DNA from: Camelus ferus
Lineage: Eukaryota
NCBI RefSeq assembly: GCF_009834535.1
Contig: NC_045697.1
Location: 79,672,001 to 79,736,000, forward strand
Reading direction: 5' to 3'
DNA: 64,000 nucleotides
The notes beneath the pieces were generated by a model that saw nothing but the letters and a program-made list of their open reading frames with translations, had not been told where the DNA came from and did no database searches. Shown here one piece after another: positions 12,831-24,922 of this stretch. The position numbers and the translations under genes are program-made. The first letter of the stretch is position 1, and each line of letters starts with the position of its first letter.

Positions 12831-14139
12831 AAGGTTTTTTTTTCTCCATTGAGTTCAATGTTAAATAAGGAACCATATATACTAGAGAGTCTGTAAGTAG
12901 ATTAATTTGTACTTACTAGTCAATATTTATTTGGCTTTTTTTGGTCAAAGTCAACTTCTGTTTTTAAGAAGTCCCTGATTTATACTATTATATATCTCTT
13001 CCTTTAAAAATGATTGACATACTATTTATTCCTTAGACATGTATCTATTTTAACAAGGGTTTGCCGTCATAAAAACAAAGTGCTTTTAGGATTATGAAAA
13101 AAAAAATGAAGAAATGAACTGAGCGAGAAGCTCCCGAATTAGAAGGCTTGCTGTGACAAATACTCAGCTTCCTTTTTGGATTCATTTGTAATTGTGTTCA
13201 TATGCAGCCATTGCATTAATCTTTCTTTTTTGTTTCTGTCTTGACCGGCATAGGCACTCGCCAGCTGGCCAAGCTCATTTCCCCCTAGAGATCTTCTGTT
13301 TCTTCACCTCAGATGACTGTCTCTAGGTAAACTCAGAGATAAATGAGTCTGAACTACTAGGAGCAATTGTTCTTGCGTCCCGAGGTGGGAGCGCACCCTG
13401 ATAGTCTGCACTGCTTAGCCTCGATTCTCCCTCTCTGATGACCGCAGACCTAGTAATATCCCTCTGTGGGGTGAGCACTGGTGGCCTGTTCTCTCTTACT
13501 CCCAGAAAGTAGTACTCTATACAGACTTTGGAAGGACTCTCCCATACCCTGTTTATAGTGAGTTCTAAGTTGCCCGGTGAGGAGACTGTGATAGAGTCTC
13601 TGACTTGTGAAGTGTTGTCTCTTTGAGTGAGTGTTTTGCCACTGGCAGAATAATGCACTTTTTGTTTCCAGGCCCATAGAATGGAGTTGATGAATAAGAT
13701 GGTGCCGAAAGGGTACAGGAATAGAATATTTGGATGTGGAAGTTCTTGTCAGAATGGGAGCTCACATTTTACAGGCACTTTCCTGATTATTGAAAATGTT
13801 TAATTGTTGTTTCAGTGTGTAACCTGTGAATACCAGGCAGAGGAGTTAGGTGTGAAGGGCAGAAATAGAAGGCTGGATTGGACTGTGTGGGTGGGGAAAA
13901 AGTGATGTAAGACTAAGGCTCAAAGTGATAAAGGACAATGGACAGGAAAAGCAAGTGAGGTCTCTAGACTTTTACAAATGTAAAATGTCTAAGGAGGGAA
14001 ACTAAATTAAGCAAGGACTGAGAATAACTGCCAGGGTTTGGTCAGAGCACACTGGGATAGGACATAGAGGCATCAAGGTATCAGGGGTGTAGGTGAGCAG
14101 AAAGTTTGCTGATGTGTAACAGTACTTTAGTCCTTACCT

Positions 14140-14649
14140 TGTTGAAGAAAAATGTGTTACAGCTCAGTTGTGACAGCAACCTGGATCTGGGCGAGAGACC
14201 AAGCAGCACTCCGAGGGTTGGAGAACTCAGGTTTATTATGCCAGTGGACCCAGAGGAGTTAACACTCCAAGCTCTGGACCCCGCCTGTAGGTTTACACAG
14301 GCTTTTATAGGCTGCCAGTCTACACTTTGCAACATCATATGCAAATAAGTTGTAACAAAGTTGACTAATTAGTAATGAGCTTTGTAGAAATGGACCAATC
14401 AGGAGTGATAGAAATGGACAAACCAGGAGTGAGCTCCATGCAAATGAGGCACTACAAATGGACCAATCAGGAGTTAGCTCAGGGAACCAATAGAATCTTA
14501 GGGGTAAGTTCCACTTTCCTAGAAGTAAGCCATTTCAGAGGCAAAAAGTGAGATAATGCCACCGGGCCAGGGAACCAGATGGTGCTGGCAGGAGAGTAGT
14601 GGCCCTGCCTGGGAGTCCTGCCGTCTTTTTCATGGGGATTCCCACCTCA
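14140..14649 (-). mobile_element. Solo ERV1-class LTR with repeated CCAAT boxes
   Basis: TG...CA termini and a 4-bp TSD acct (14136-14139, 14650-14653). On the - strand, TATAAAA at 14303-14309 and AATAAA at 14232-14237. Three ~21-bp aaatggaccaatcaggagt-like units at ~14388-14477. Confidence 0.88.
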
Positions 14650-15521
14650 ACCTCTCAGTGATAAGGACTTTTAAACTCATTGTGGACTCTGCCTGTGACT
14701 AGGGAGAAAGCCTGGTGCAGATGATAGGGGAACTTCTCTGGGAAAGTGGTTGAGCAGGACAGAGTGTTGGAGACCAGAGTCTCAGTGCTTGGAAATAGAG
14801 AGACTGGCATCCTGCAAAACTGATCTTCCCCTTAATCTCATTTTATTATAAACTTAAGCATAAAAAATGAGAATTCAAGAAGCCATATATTTTTTGTAAG
14901 TTAATGACAATCTTGATTGCATACTCTTATTTTATGTACAGTTCCAGGATTTCTACCCTAACAAGTCCCATAGAGGCTCCTCCCTCACTTAAAGTAACTG
15001 CAGGTTAGTCTTGCTGCCTTGATTAGAGAATCATGTGATAATTCCATCGAACAGCATCCCATGCTGATTTATATCTTAGTACAAATGCACATTTTTTACA
15101 GGCAATATTTTCACTCATATTTTGGAGCTGTCATGAAATCAAACAATGAGAGCTTACTGTGACTCTGAAAAATTGGAAATTGCTGCTTAGTATAGGTGCT
15201 GATGATTCAGATTAATCCATATTTTAAAAGACAACAGAATATCATAATGTTCCTACTGCTAAGAACCAGCTACTTATCAATGAGTGTAAATTGGTTGTTT
15301 AATAAGTGCAAGGGTCAGCCTCTAGCCTGGTGAGTGATAAATATAAAATATTTGGCCAAAGTGTTGAACAATCTTAAACAAGCTAGCCTCATTCTCATGT
15401 CTGCAGCTTAATCCAAAATTTAAGTTGTTTGTAATCAGATTTAGTAGAATATTTTAAGGCCAATGAAAAAGAAAACTTGAAAATATTTCACAGATTATTG
15501 CATATAAAAAGTCACTCTTGA

Positions 15522-15637
15522 ACCCCAGTGTTCATAACAGCACTGTTTACAATAGCTAAGCCATGGAAACAACCTAAATGTCCATCAACATATTACTGGA
15601 TAAAGAAGATGTGGTATGTATACACACAGACTTACAC

Positions 15638-15693
<56 letters not shown>

Positions 15694-16159
15694 GAATATT
15701 ACCTAACTATAAAATAGAATGAAATAATGCCATTTGCAGCAACATGGATAGACCTAGAGATGACCATATTAAGTGAAGTAATTCAGACAGGAAAGACAAA
15801 TATCATATGATATCACTTAAATGTGGAATCTAAAAAATATGATACAAATTCAATTTACAAACTAAAACCAGACTCACATACCTTCAAAACAAACTATGGT
15901 TACCAAAGGGGAAAGGGTGGGGGAGGGATAAATTAGGAGTTTGGGATTAACAGGTACACATTATTATCTATATATAAAGTAGATAAACAAGAACCTACTG
16001 TATAGCACAGGGAACTGTATTAAATTGCTTGTAATGAGCTGTAATTGAAAAGAATCTGAAAATAAAAATATACATGTATGCGTATGTATAACTGAATTGC
16101 TTTGCTGTACACCTGAAACTAACACTGCAAATCAACTACACTGCAATAAATTTTTTTTT
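15522..16159 (+). mobile_element. 5'-truncated L1 3' end containing a (CA)n microsatellite
   Basis: MFITALFTIAKPWKQPKCPS..WIKKMWY is the L1 ORF2 end. 3'UTR runs to an AATAAA. Imperfect TSD aaagtcactcttga (15508-15521) / aaagtcactattca (16160-16173). Confidence 0.93.
15634..15690. repeat. (CA)n microsatellite
   Basis: Near-perfect AC dinucleotide run inside the L1. Confidence 0.95.
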
Positions 16160-16186
16160 AAAGTCACTATTCAAAAGTCTCTTTCA

Positions 16187-16303
16187 GGGAGGAGGGTATA
16201 GCTCAAGCGGTAGAGTGCATGCTTAGCGTGCACGAGATCCTGGGTTCAATCCCCAGTACCTCCACTGAAGAACCGAATAAATAAGCCTAGTTACCTCTCC
16301 ACT

Positions 16304-16330
<27 letters not shown>
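16187..16330 (+). mobile_element. Young tRNA-derived SINE (Vic-1-like)
   Basis: gggtatagctcaagcggtagagtgcatgcttagcgtgcacgagatcctgggttcaatccccagtacctcc, uninterrupted poly(A), and a perfect 14-bp TSD aaaagtctctttca at 16173-16186 and 16331-16344. Confidence 0.95.
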
Positions 16331-16338
<8 letters not shown>

Positions 16339-16689
16339 CTTTCAATTAGTTTTCAAAGTAGTTTCATTCTAGATAAGATTAAAGTTTCTCTAACGTAAAG
16401 CTAAAGGAAAATGATGTTTAAGTAAAAAAACTTTAATGAAAGTTTGATAATATAACTTTCCCTCATTTAATCAGAGGAGTTAACTTCATGACCTCTGATA
16501 TTCTCTTATGTCTTCCTATATTGAGGAAAATGTAAAAATCAGTTAATTGATTTTTCAACAATTTCCCCTTCATCTTTGCTTCTGTAAAACATACCTTTTT
16601 CCATTTTGTTTATAATCCCCATAGTAGAAATAAAAATAGATCAAGAGTTAAGGAATATGACTCATGAATAAATTAATTGCAAAGAAATC

Positions 16690-17030
16690 CAGTTGTTGGG
16701 AAACAAGTGGAGAAATTTGAATATGGAGAATTAGATGATGTTAATAAATTATTGTTAATTTTGTTAGATGTGATAACAGTTCATGGTTATGTAAGCAAAG
16801 GTCCTTATGTTTTAGAGATGCACACTAAAAGATTTAGTGATGAAATGCCATGATGCCTCTGCCTGAAATTTGCTTTAAAATAGTTTACCAAAGAATAAAA
16901 AATATTTAGATCAAGCCAGTGTTAATAAATGTTAAATCTAGGGAAAGAGAATATAGATGTTCACTTTATAAATCTCTCTTTGCTTTTTGTATGTCTGAAA
17001 TTTTTCATAGTGAAAAATTAAACAGAAACA
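16690..17030 (+). mobile_element. Old L1MC-like 3' fragment
   Basis: aattattgttaattttgttagatgtgataa...tttagagatgcacactaaa...gaaatttttcatagtgaaaa resembles L1MC4-type ends. Boundaries approximate. Confidence 0.65.
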
Positions 17031-17329
17031 AAACTAGAGATAGGTATTTGTTATCAGACCTACACTCTGTCGTTTTGGGTATGTCAACAAGCCCTGCTGA
17101 TTCTGTTGTTCTGATTCCAACTTAAAATTGAAAAAAAATTTTTTATAATGAGTATTACACAATATAGTTCACATGAAAGAACTCCGAAAAAAGTAGAAGG
17201 TGATTCCACAAATAAGATACAAGTTATTAATGTAAACATAATCACTTAAGTTTGGCCTATCTTTGTTCAAATAATTTTTTAAAGAAGCAAATTGAAAAAT
17301 TATGGTAGCTCTAAAGGAGACTGACTAAG

Positions 17330-17720
17330 AGGATGACCATCTGGAAACTATGTCATATAGAATGGCCAAAGATGCTGGGGAGATTTAGCCTGGAGGAGGG
17401 ACAGTTGAGGGGGTTGGGGCCTGTTTATTGATTTTGAATATTTGAAGAGTTGTGGAAAAAGAATCAACGTGGTTCTAGAAGGCAGAATGTGACCAGTTTA
17501 AAATAAAGTGGAAGGTTTGGGTTCAGAATTTGGAAGAACTTCTTAGCAGGAATTTTCTCCAAATAGAATTTAATTATCTTGTAAAATAAGACTATTTCTA
17601 TGTTGAAGCTTTCAGTTGAAGCTAGTGACCTACCATAGAGCCCCGCTGAGGTGTTTCTGTCTTTAAACAGGAGGTTAGATCCTCTTGAGCTCTGAGGAAC
17701 CTTCCAGCTGTCTGGGTTTC
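17330..17720 (+). mobile_element. L3/CR1 LINE 3' fragment
   Basis: CR1-like motifs ctggggagatttagcctggagg, ggaagaacttctt and the tail ctctgaggaaccttccagct. Boundaries approximate. Confidence 0.6.
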
Positions 17721-18023
17721 ATTGATCCCTGTTACTCCATGTCTTTCTATTTTTCATTTTATCCAAGACATGACTCTCTCTCTCAACATTCTTTTCTTCT
17801 CCCTCTGGTCTCCTAATTCCTCTTTACTTGAATTTTTAGTCAACATCTCTATTTTTTCAACATTTAAGTCAATTCGATGGTATTTTATTAGATTCCATTA
17901 TCATATTTTCTCTTTAGCCTCTAAAAATCAGTATCAATCCACCGCCTTTTTCCAATATTTATTGTAATTATTTCTTCATATTTTGTTGAACACATGTTAA
18001 GAAGATGATGTAAAATTAATTTG

Positions 18024-18448
18024 TAATAAATAACTATTGAGCATCTTCTACACGCCAGGCCATATTTTGGATACTGGAGATATAGCACTGAACAAAATAA
18101 ACTGAAAATCTTTGCTCATATGGAGTTTATATTCTTGGAAGAAGACAGAAAACAAACAAGTAATAATATATTTGTTAGATGGTAATAAGTACTATAGATT
18201 AAGGAATAGGGAGTATAGAGGATTTTTTATATAAATATAAAATGGACAGGAAAGACCTTTCTGATTAGATGACATTTGAGCCAGGATCTGAAGGAAGTGA
18301 GAGAACAATGTGAATACTGGAGGAGGGAACCTTCCCTATGCAGGGAACTGTGAGTAGGAGCCTGCTTGGCTTGTTTCAGGATTCCAAGGGGGCCACTGTG
18401 GCTGGAACAGGGTAAGTAAGGGAGAGCGTAGAAACTGCAGTCAGAGAC

Positions 18449-18490
<42 letters not shown>

Positions 18491-18600
18491 GGGGTACAGC
18501 TGGGGCACTATAAAGGCCTTTAGTTTTCCTCCTAGTGTGAGATAGGGTGCCATTGGAGGGTTTCTAGCTGAGAAGTGACAGGATTCAAATTGCCTTTTAA
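18024..18600 (-). mobile_element. L2 LINE 3' fragment containing (TG)n
   Basis: tattgagcatcttctacacgccaggc...ggatactggagatatagcactgaacaaaa and gacatttgagccaggatctgaagga are the reverse complement of an L2a-type end. Confidence 0.8.
18450..18488. repeat. (TG)n microsatellite
   Basis: Perfect TG run. Confidence 0.95.
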
Positions 18601-19602
18601 TGTTTTCTTCTGTTCAGGATTTGCACCCTTGTAGGTGAAAGTAAAAAACAAAATAAACAAACAAAAAACTTACTGTAAAGCCCTGAAGGCAAATATGATA
18701 TCATCTTTTGTTTATTTGATTAAGTATTTTGGGGCACCTACCATGGGACTGTAACACCTATGATTTCTGATCAGTGGTGTGAGAAAAAGATTATCTAAGC
18801 CATGTCCCTGTCCTTAAGACCATCCCTCTGGTGTCTTTTCTTCTCAGTTCTGGGGTTTGGGGGAGTATGCAAAAAGCATAACATGGATGACAAAAACACC
18901 CTTTAAGAGTCTTCCATGGTCAATATTATGAAGGCTATGAAAAAAGGCAAGACCCTTTCTCCAAGGAATCTAAAATCATTCATAGCAGGAGGCAAAGAAA
19001 GACATACAGAAATTAAAATTTAAGAATGACAAAGGAATAGCAGTGATGTCAAACAGAGAAAGTTTATCCTTCTTGGGGTAGAAAGACTTGCTAAAGTAAT
19101 CGGTCACTGGTTCAAAATGACAATCTGTCAGTGACCACTGTCACCCTCTATCAAGGAGAGACGCTTTTCTTGTAGAGCGTTGCTTTGTCTGTTGCTGGAA
19201 TTGTGTTAACTGAGAGTTTGTAAGTGGGGGTGCTTCTGTACTGAACAGCACTAAATGGCAGATGATTTGGCCACAGAGTGTAAAGGGCTCATGTGACTTG
19301 ACTAGTAGGAACAACAAGAATAATGTTAACATTTCTTGAGCTCTTACTAAGTGCTAGGTTCTATTTTAAGCATTTTCTATGTATCAACTCATTTTCCTCT
19401 TGCAATTCTAAGAGGTACTTGTACTGTCCGTATTTTACAGATATGGGGGTTAATAACTGGCCCAAATCTTTTAATTGGCAAGTGGGGAGCCAGAATTCAC
19501 CAGAACAGCCTGTACTCTACAGATAGATCATGTTCCAAATTATTCTACTGATAAAGTTTCTTTGTATGTCAACATTTAAAAAATTACCAACAAATAGACC
19601 TG

Positions 19603-19729
19603 GGGGTAGGGATGGGCGGATATAGATCAGTGGTAAAAGCCTGTGCTTAGCATGCATGAGGTCCTGGGTTCAATCTCCAGTACCTCCATTAAAAATAAAT
19701 AAATAAATTTACCCTGCCTCCCTAGAAAC
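19603..19729 (+). mobile_element. tRNA-derived SINE (Vic-1-like)
   Basis: tatagatcagtggtaaaagcctgtgcttagcatgcatgaggtcctgggttcaatctccagtacctcc. TSD caaatagaYctg at 19591-19602 and 19730-19741. Confidence 0.9.
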
Positions 19730-20094
19730 CAAATAGATCTGAACTTGCTTTCAAAGAGCTTACAAATATTTGAAGATCTGAATGACATAGCCGTAAATTA
19801 TCTTTCATAACTTACCTTTTGGATGGCAGGATTTGTGTTGGAGCAGCTATAAAAGTACCAAAGATATGTGAGTATAGACTTTATTTGTATGATCACAGTT
19901 CTCAGCTTTTTCATTTTTAGCATCTATAGGCCCGAGTAGCTTGATCTTCATGTATGAAGCAGTTATATTCATTACCCTGTCGTGCTCTGAGAATTCCTGT
20001 TCTTTAGTTCTCACATACCCTTGATGTTCTGTTGGTTATGATGTTTCCAGTGGCTCCTTACACAGTAGTGGATATGGTTTAGAGAAATGAGATG

Positions 20095-20290
20095 GTCCTT
20101 AGGAAGAGATAAGCTCTGGCATTTAATAGTTGGGTGGCCTCTGGCAAGTTATTCTCTCTCTGTAACACAGTTTCCTCAGCTGGAAATGAGGATAATAGTA
20201 GTATCTACCTCACAGTGTTAAATTTAAAATGTCAGATGAAATAATATTTTAAAGCAGTTGAAACAGTTCATGATATCTAGTAAGCACTAA
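20095..20290 (+). mobile_element. MIR SINE
   Basis: MIR core ggcaagttattctctctctgtaacacagtttcctcagctggaaatgaggataatagtagtatctacctcacag. Confidence 0.75.
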
Positions 20291-20932
20291 TTAAAATACC
20301 ATTTATTATGTTTATAATTCCAAAAATCATATATTTTCTCCTAGTCAAAATATCTTGTCAGAACCACATAGCTAAATGTGTCCTCAATAGCACTTGCACA
20401 GTCTTTAAATCATTTAATCTTTACAAGACCCCCTTAGGTGAGTACGGATATATTACTCCAAATATTTTTCTAATGAGAAACTTAAAGGTCATGAGATTTG
20501 TCCTATTTGGCCAGGGTGAATTGTCCCTGGTTTCTCATCTAAGGTGGGTTAAAGGTCAGCTAAAACTAGGACATGAATGCATATCTCTAGACACCTTCTC
20601 CAAACGTCTGTTCCATCATTCCATCCTATACTATTTCTTTTTAGGAATTCTAGTCATTTGTGGTGAAGAGTCTATCCAACACCATGTGTACTGGGGAGTG
20701 TTGAGTGATGGGTCATACATTTACTTGGCTTGTTAAAAGGTGGTGTGTTCCAGCAAACTCAGACTGATATCTCATCTTATTGGATATATATTTTTTGTTT
20801 TCCTTCAAATGGTATATTTTAAGCTATGTTTTGGTCATACACACAAAAAGCAAGTTAAAAACAAAACCAAAGGAGACAGGAAGAATACATTGGAAACGAC
20901 CGAAGTTACTTTTATTCTGATTAGTGAGACAG

Positions 20933-20947
20933 TGCCACCTAGTGGAT
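20933..20947 (-). promoter_or_regulatory. CTCF-like motif
   Basis: tgccacctagtggat. Its reverse complement contains CCACTAGGTGGCA, which fits the CTCF core CCAC[CT]AG[AG][GT]GGC[AG]. Confidence 0.5.
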
Positions 20948-21246
20948 TTTTTCTAGATAGCTGAACTAAGAAAAATTAGAGGAGGCAAGAAGATAAGAGT
21001 GGAAAATACTGAAATAATTGGAAAACAAAGGGGAGGTGTAAGACATGGGGTCTATTGACTACCTTAGAATCTCTCGTATACTGTTAACCATCCATCAGTG
21101 GAAAATTACCTTGGAATGTAAGCACCATAATTTTTCTTTTCTGTTCACTACTGTATCCCCCAAACCCAGGACAATGCCTGCCACATAATAGGAACTCAAT
21201 CAGTATTCACTAAAGAAATTAATTGTTAAAGGTGAATTCTTACTTT

Positions 21247-21744
21247 TGTGAACAAAAAATACTGCAAACCATATCAGTAAATAAAGAATGCTGAAACCAT
21301 CAAGTCATCAGTGGCTGCCGCCACCCCCCAGTGAGGACAAGCCTGCAGCCCAGCCTCTGCAGCCACTCACAATGGTGCACCCTGAGGGGACTCAGAATAA
21401 GAAAGGACAGGATACTGGCCCTAGATAGTTAGGTGCTTGTCAAAGGAATGAATTCAATGAGCCCAAATGTTTACTTCCTCCCATACGTAGAAAAGCGCTA
21501 AATTCTTTAACTTGAGATGCCTGGTTTTCTTTAGATAACAAGTAATCTTTTAATGTTCCAACTACCTGGTCTTTGTCGTAAAGGTCCTACATACCCTAGC
21601 TCCTCCCCTACCTCTTTGGAGCAGTCCCCTAGAGCGATCTGGGAGGCTGTCATCCTGGGCTCGAAGGGGTTCGAGTCCTCAGAAATGTCCACCACATAAA
21701 ACATAACTCTCAACTTTTAGGCTGTGCATTTATTTCAGTTGACA
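21247..21744 (+). mobile_element. Solo ERV1-class LTR, copy A
   Basis: tgtgaac...gttgaca termini and 4-bp TSD cttt (21243-21246, 21745-21748). Reverse-complement homolog of 24923-25393. Strand label is tentative. Confidence 0.88.
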
Positions 21745-23033
21745 CTTTTAAATTTAAAATATTATTCATATTTTTCCTTTTACTGGAGAATTTTCTGTAG
21801 TTCATATATAAAAACAAGTTTGTCAGTTTTATTCGTACTTTATAATTTTATATCCCAGCTCCTATCATAAAGTTAGTTTGCAAAAAAAAAAAGTTAGTTT
21901 GCTAATATTTGGGTGGAAATTGAAACACTTTTTTTTTTTTAACTGAAATAAAGCTTGTGGAGATATTTTCATGAGCTTGTTAAATTTACTTAGGCAGTGA
22001 ACGGCAAGTTCATCAGTAGAAAACGAGAAAGCTAGTAGGTATATTAATCAAGTCAAATTCAGGAAAGACTGAGTTTAAAAAACATGATATAAGGGAACAA
22101 TCCATTCTTTAAAAGTTAAATTCTATTTTAAAATTAGTTATTCATTACAGTGACTCAAAATTCAGAAAACATAAAAAATGTGTGCTGTGGAAATTCCTCC
22201 TCTCTGTCTCTGTCCTCCAGCTACTCAGTTCCCTTCCCTGGAAGCCACCAATGTTATTTTCCCATGTGTCCTTGAGACTTTTTAGATATTTGCAAGTGAA
22301 TATGCCTTTCTATAAAATTGCACCTATTATTATAAAGAACTACTATGCAATTTTAACCTATTATTATGAAGAACAAAATTTGATGGAAAACGTAGTTGTC
22401 TCAACTTTCACAATAAGCTTTTAATTATCAAAAATGGCAGTATTTCCCCACTGAAAAAAATTCCTTTTAGTAATCCTTGAATTATGTTTAAATAGGAATT
22501 TTTATTTTAGTTTTGTCAATGTCTTGTTAGTTTTCATAATAAACTTGTATTTGTAAGCTTTTTACACAGATTCTCGGTATGTTGGTTGACAGTTTCACCA
22601 GGTTGATGGAAGTGTCCACCAAGCAATCTCATGTTTCCAGTGCCTTCGTAATTTTCTGCAGTCATATCAGCAGGCAAGAGAAACACAATTATAAGCACTT
22701 TACCTTATCAGATGTTGCTTGCCTGTTACCCAGGCCAGTTTTTGCCCAATTTCTTTATTTTGCTATTAGGAAAATAGTAAAGATGTAAGATACATATTCA
22801 TTTGACAAGTCATTCTTAAATACTCTGATGAACCTAAAACTATGCAAGAGACTATGGAAATCACCTACTAATTATGCAGAGCATTTGTGGTACAGATTCT
22901 ACCGAGGGACACGTAAATAAAAGAACCTAGTGACGTTTAAAAAATTGTCTCTATCTGAATACACACAGGGAATGTCTAATTAAAAAAAATTACTGACACC
23001 AGATCACTTTCAGTATTTGGTTATAATGAGAAG

Positions 23034-23041
23034 TGACGTCA
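23034..23041. promoter_or_regulatory. Full CRE palindrome
   Basis: TGACGTCA with its CpG intact, plus a half-site TGACG at 22931-22935. Motif match only. Confidence 0.3.
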
Positions 23042-24922
23042 TTAGCATTTTAAAGACTGTTCCAAATGCCAGAGGCATTGTATAGAAAATAAAAATACCC
23101 ATTCATGTCGTGCGCTGGGGTTTGGACTGTCTGACACATGCTCGGTTGGATAACTGTTGTAGGACTTCATTTATTTAGCAGAACTGCCTCTGAATCATAC
23201 CTACAATGCCAGCGCAGTATTTACATTTCAACCAAAGGAACCCAAGGTGGGAGTCTATTGAAAATCTTTGAGGATTTTTTTGGTTTGTGTTTTGCATGGA
23301 AAAGCAGCATTTTTAGTTCAGACAGCTTAAAGGGCATTGATTTGCCCCGAGACATCGGCCTGTCTTGGTAAATGTGAAGCCAAATGGGGATTCTTGTGTC
23401 AAGGCGGATGATTTATTTATGTGGTGGAGCACAGACTTTAAAGCTCGAATTCCTATTACAGACTTAGGATCAATGGGAGGAAGGGACAGATACTTTCAAC
23501 CCACACAGACAGTTGTAGATAAGATACTGGCATTTTTTAAAAGGTTGAGAAAACATATACTGAAAAATTGTCAGAGGAGTTTGGCTACTTCATCTTAAAT
23601 GTTATTAAAAGCATCTTTAAGATATTTATATTCTTCATTTCTATAATACCCTATTAAAATAATATGGCAGAAGACTAGTGATTAATATGGGAAAATGTTC
23701 ATGCTATTTTGCTGAGTAAAAAGAGCATATTAAAGCATATTAGAAAGAAATATGAACTGTATTTAACTTAATTTGGTTAAAAAGAAAAAATATATATGCG
23801 CAGAAAAAATGGAAAGCTATACATCAAAATTTTGGTGTTTTATCTGTGCCTCAGTTTCTTCAACTTAAAAGTGAGGATAATGACAAGACCTATTTCATGG
23901 GGTTGTTATAAAGATTAAATAATAGTTATAAAATGCTTAGGCTAGTGCCTCCTATAAATTATAGCTTTTATATTGTCATCTTTATTGCTGTGAATAGTGT
24001 TTTATTGGTTATTGTTATATAGACTTATTTTATTTTGTTTCCTTCATTTTCCTAATATTCCATAATCAACATATTAATTTTATGGTTAAGTTATTTAAAA
24101 GTGTATTATCTACTAGGATTTTTTTTTTTTTTTTAGTTCCCAAACACTGTCATCCAAGTGTTACGGGGGCAGATAGGATATTATCATTCTCCTTTGTAGC
24201 ACATACTGATACTGTAATTCATTAATTATCCGTTTGAGGATTGTCTTCTTCCGTAGCCGTAGCCGTAAGCTTCACTGGGTGGGGTGGTGTGGGTCTTGCT
24301 GATTTTGGTTTCTTTTGTATCTAATGCTTTTCCCGTTCCTAGTCTGTTCTCAGTAGATATTTGTTGAATGAATGAAAGGTAAGGCAAAGCAGTTCATAGT
24401 CACTTAGTACTTTGCGGTTTGGTTTTATGAGTTATGTCATTTAATGATATTACTCCCATTTGATAGATGAGAAAACCAAGCTGACTCGCAATAAGTAAGT
24501 AATAGGGTCAGGATTTGAACCCAAGTAATCTTATTAAAGGGTACTGCCTCCCATAGGAAAATGAGGAAAAATGATGAAAGCAATACTATTAGGGAATTAC
24601 ACCAACAATATAGGACTTTTTTGAAATATTTATTGGGAATAAAACAATAAAACTGAGAGGAATGGAACTGAATGAGTAGCATATCTAGCATTCTTCAAAA
24701 TGTGTTTGCATGTGAACACACACCAAATTCTTCCCTTATAATTTCCCTGAACAAATCATTTTTATTTATATCAACTTTAATTTTATATTTATTTGATTAT
24801 CTCTTTATATTACCTCCTACTTGTAAAATAAAATTAAGAAAACAAATTTCTCCATCAATTTCTTATATACTGTCTCTTTTTGGGGAGGGGAGCTTTTTAA
24901 AGTAATGGTAAAGTATTAGCAA

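Noticed and set aside
13305..13445. Box C/D snoRNA-like words (ATGA, CTGA, TGATGA)
   Set aside because: The boxes are not in canonical 5' C to 3' D order with a terminal stem.
14942..15003. Possible + strand exon tacag|TTCC...GCAG|gttagt
   Set aside because: Mediocre donor, only one open frame and no recognisable peptide.
10974..19729. tRNA-like A/B-box sequences at 10974, 16187 and 19603 (also 4641)
   Set aside because: A-rich tails and TSDs show they are SINEs, not tRNA genes.
20308..20736. Longest ORF in the track (142 aa)
   Set aside because: It overlaps MIR-like sequence, has a low-information AT-driven composition and lacks splice or homology support.
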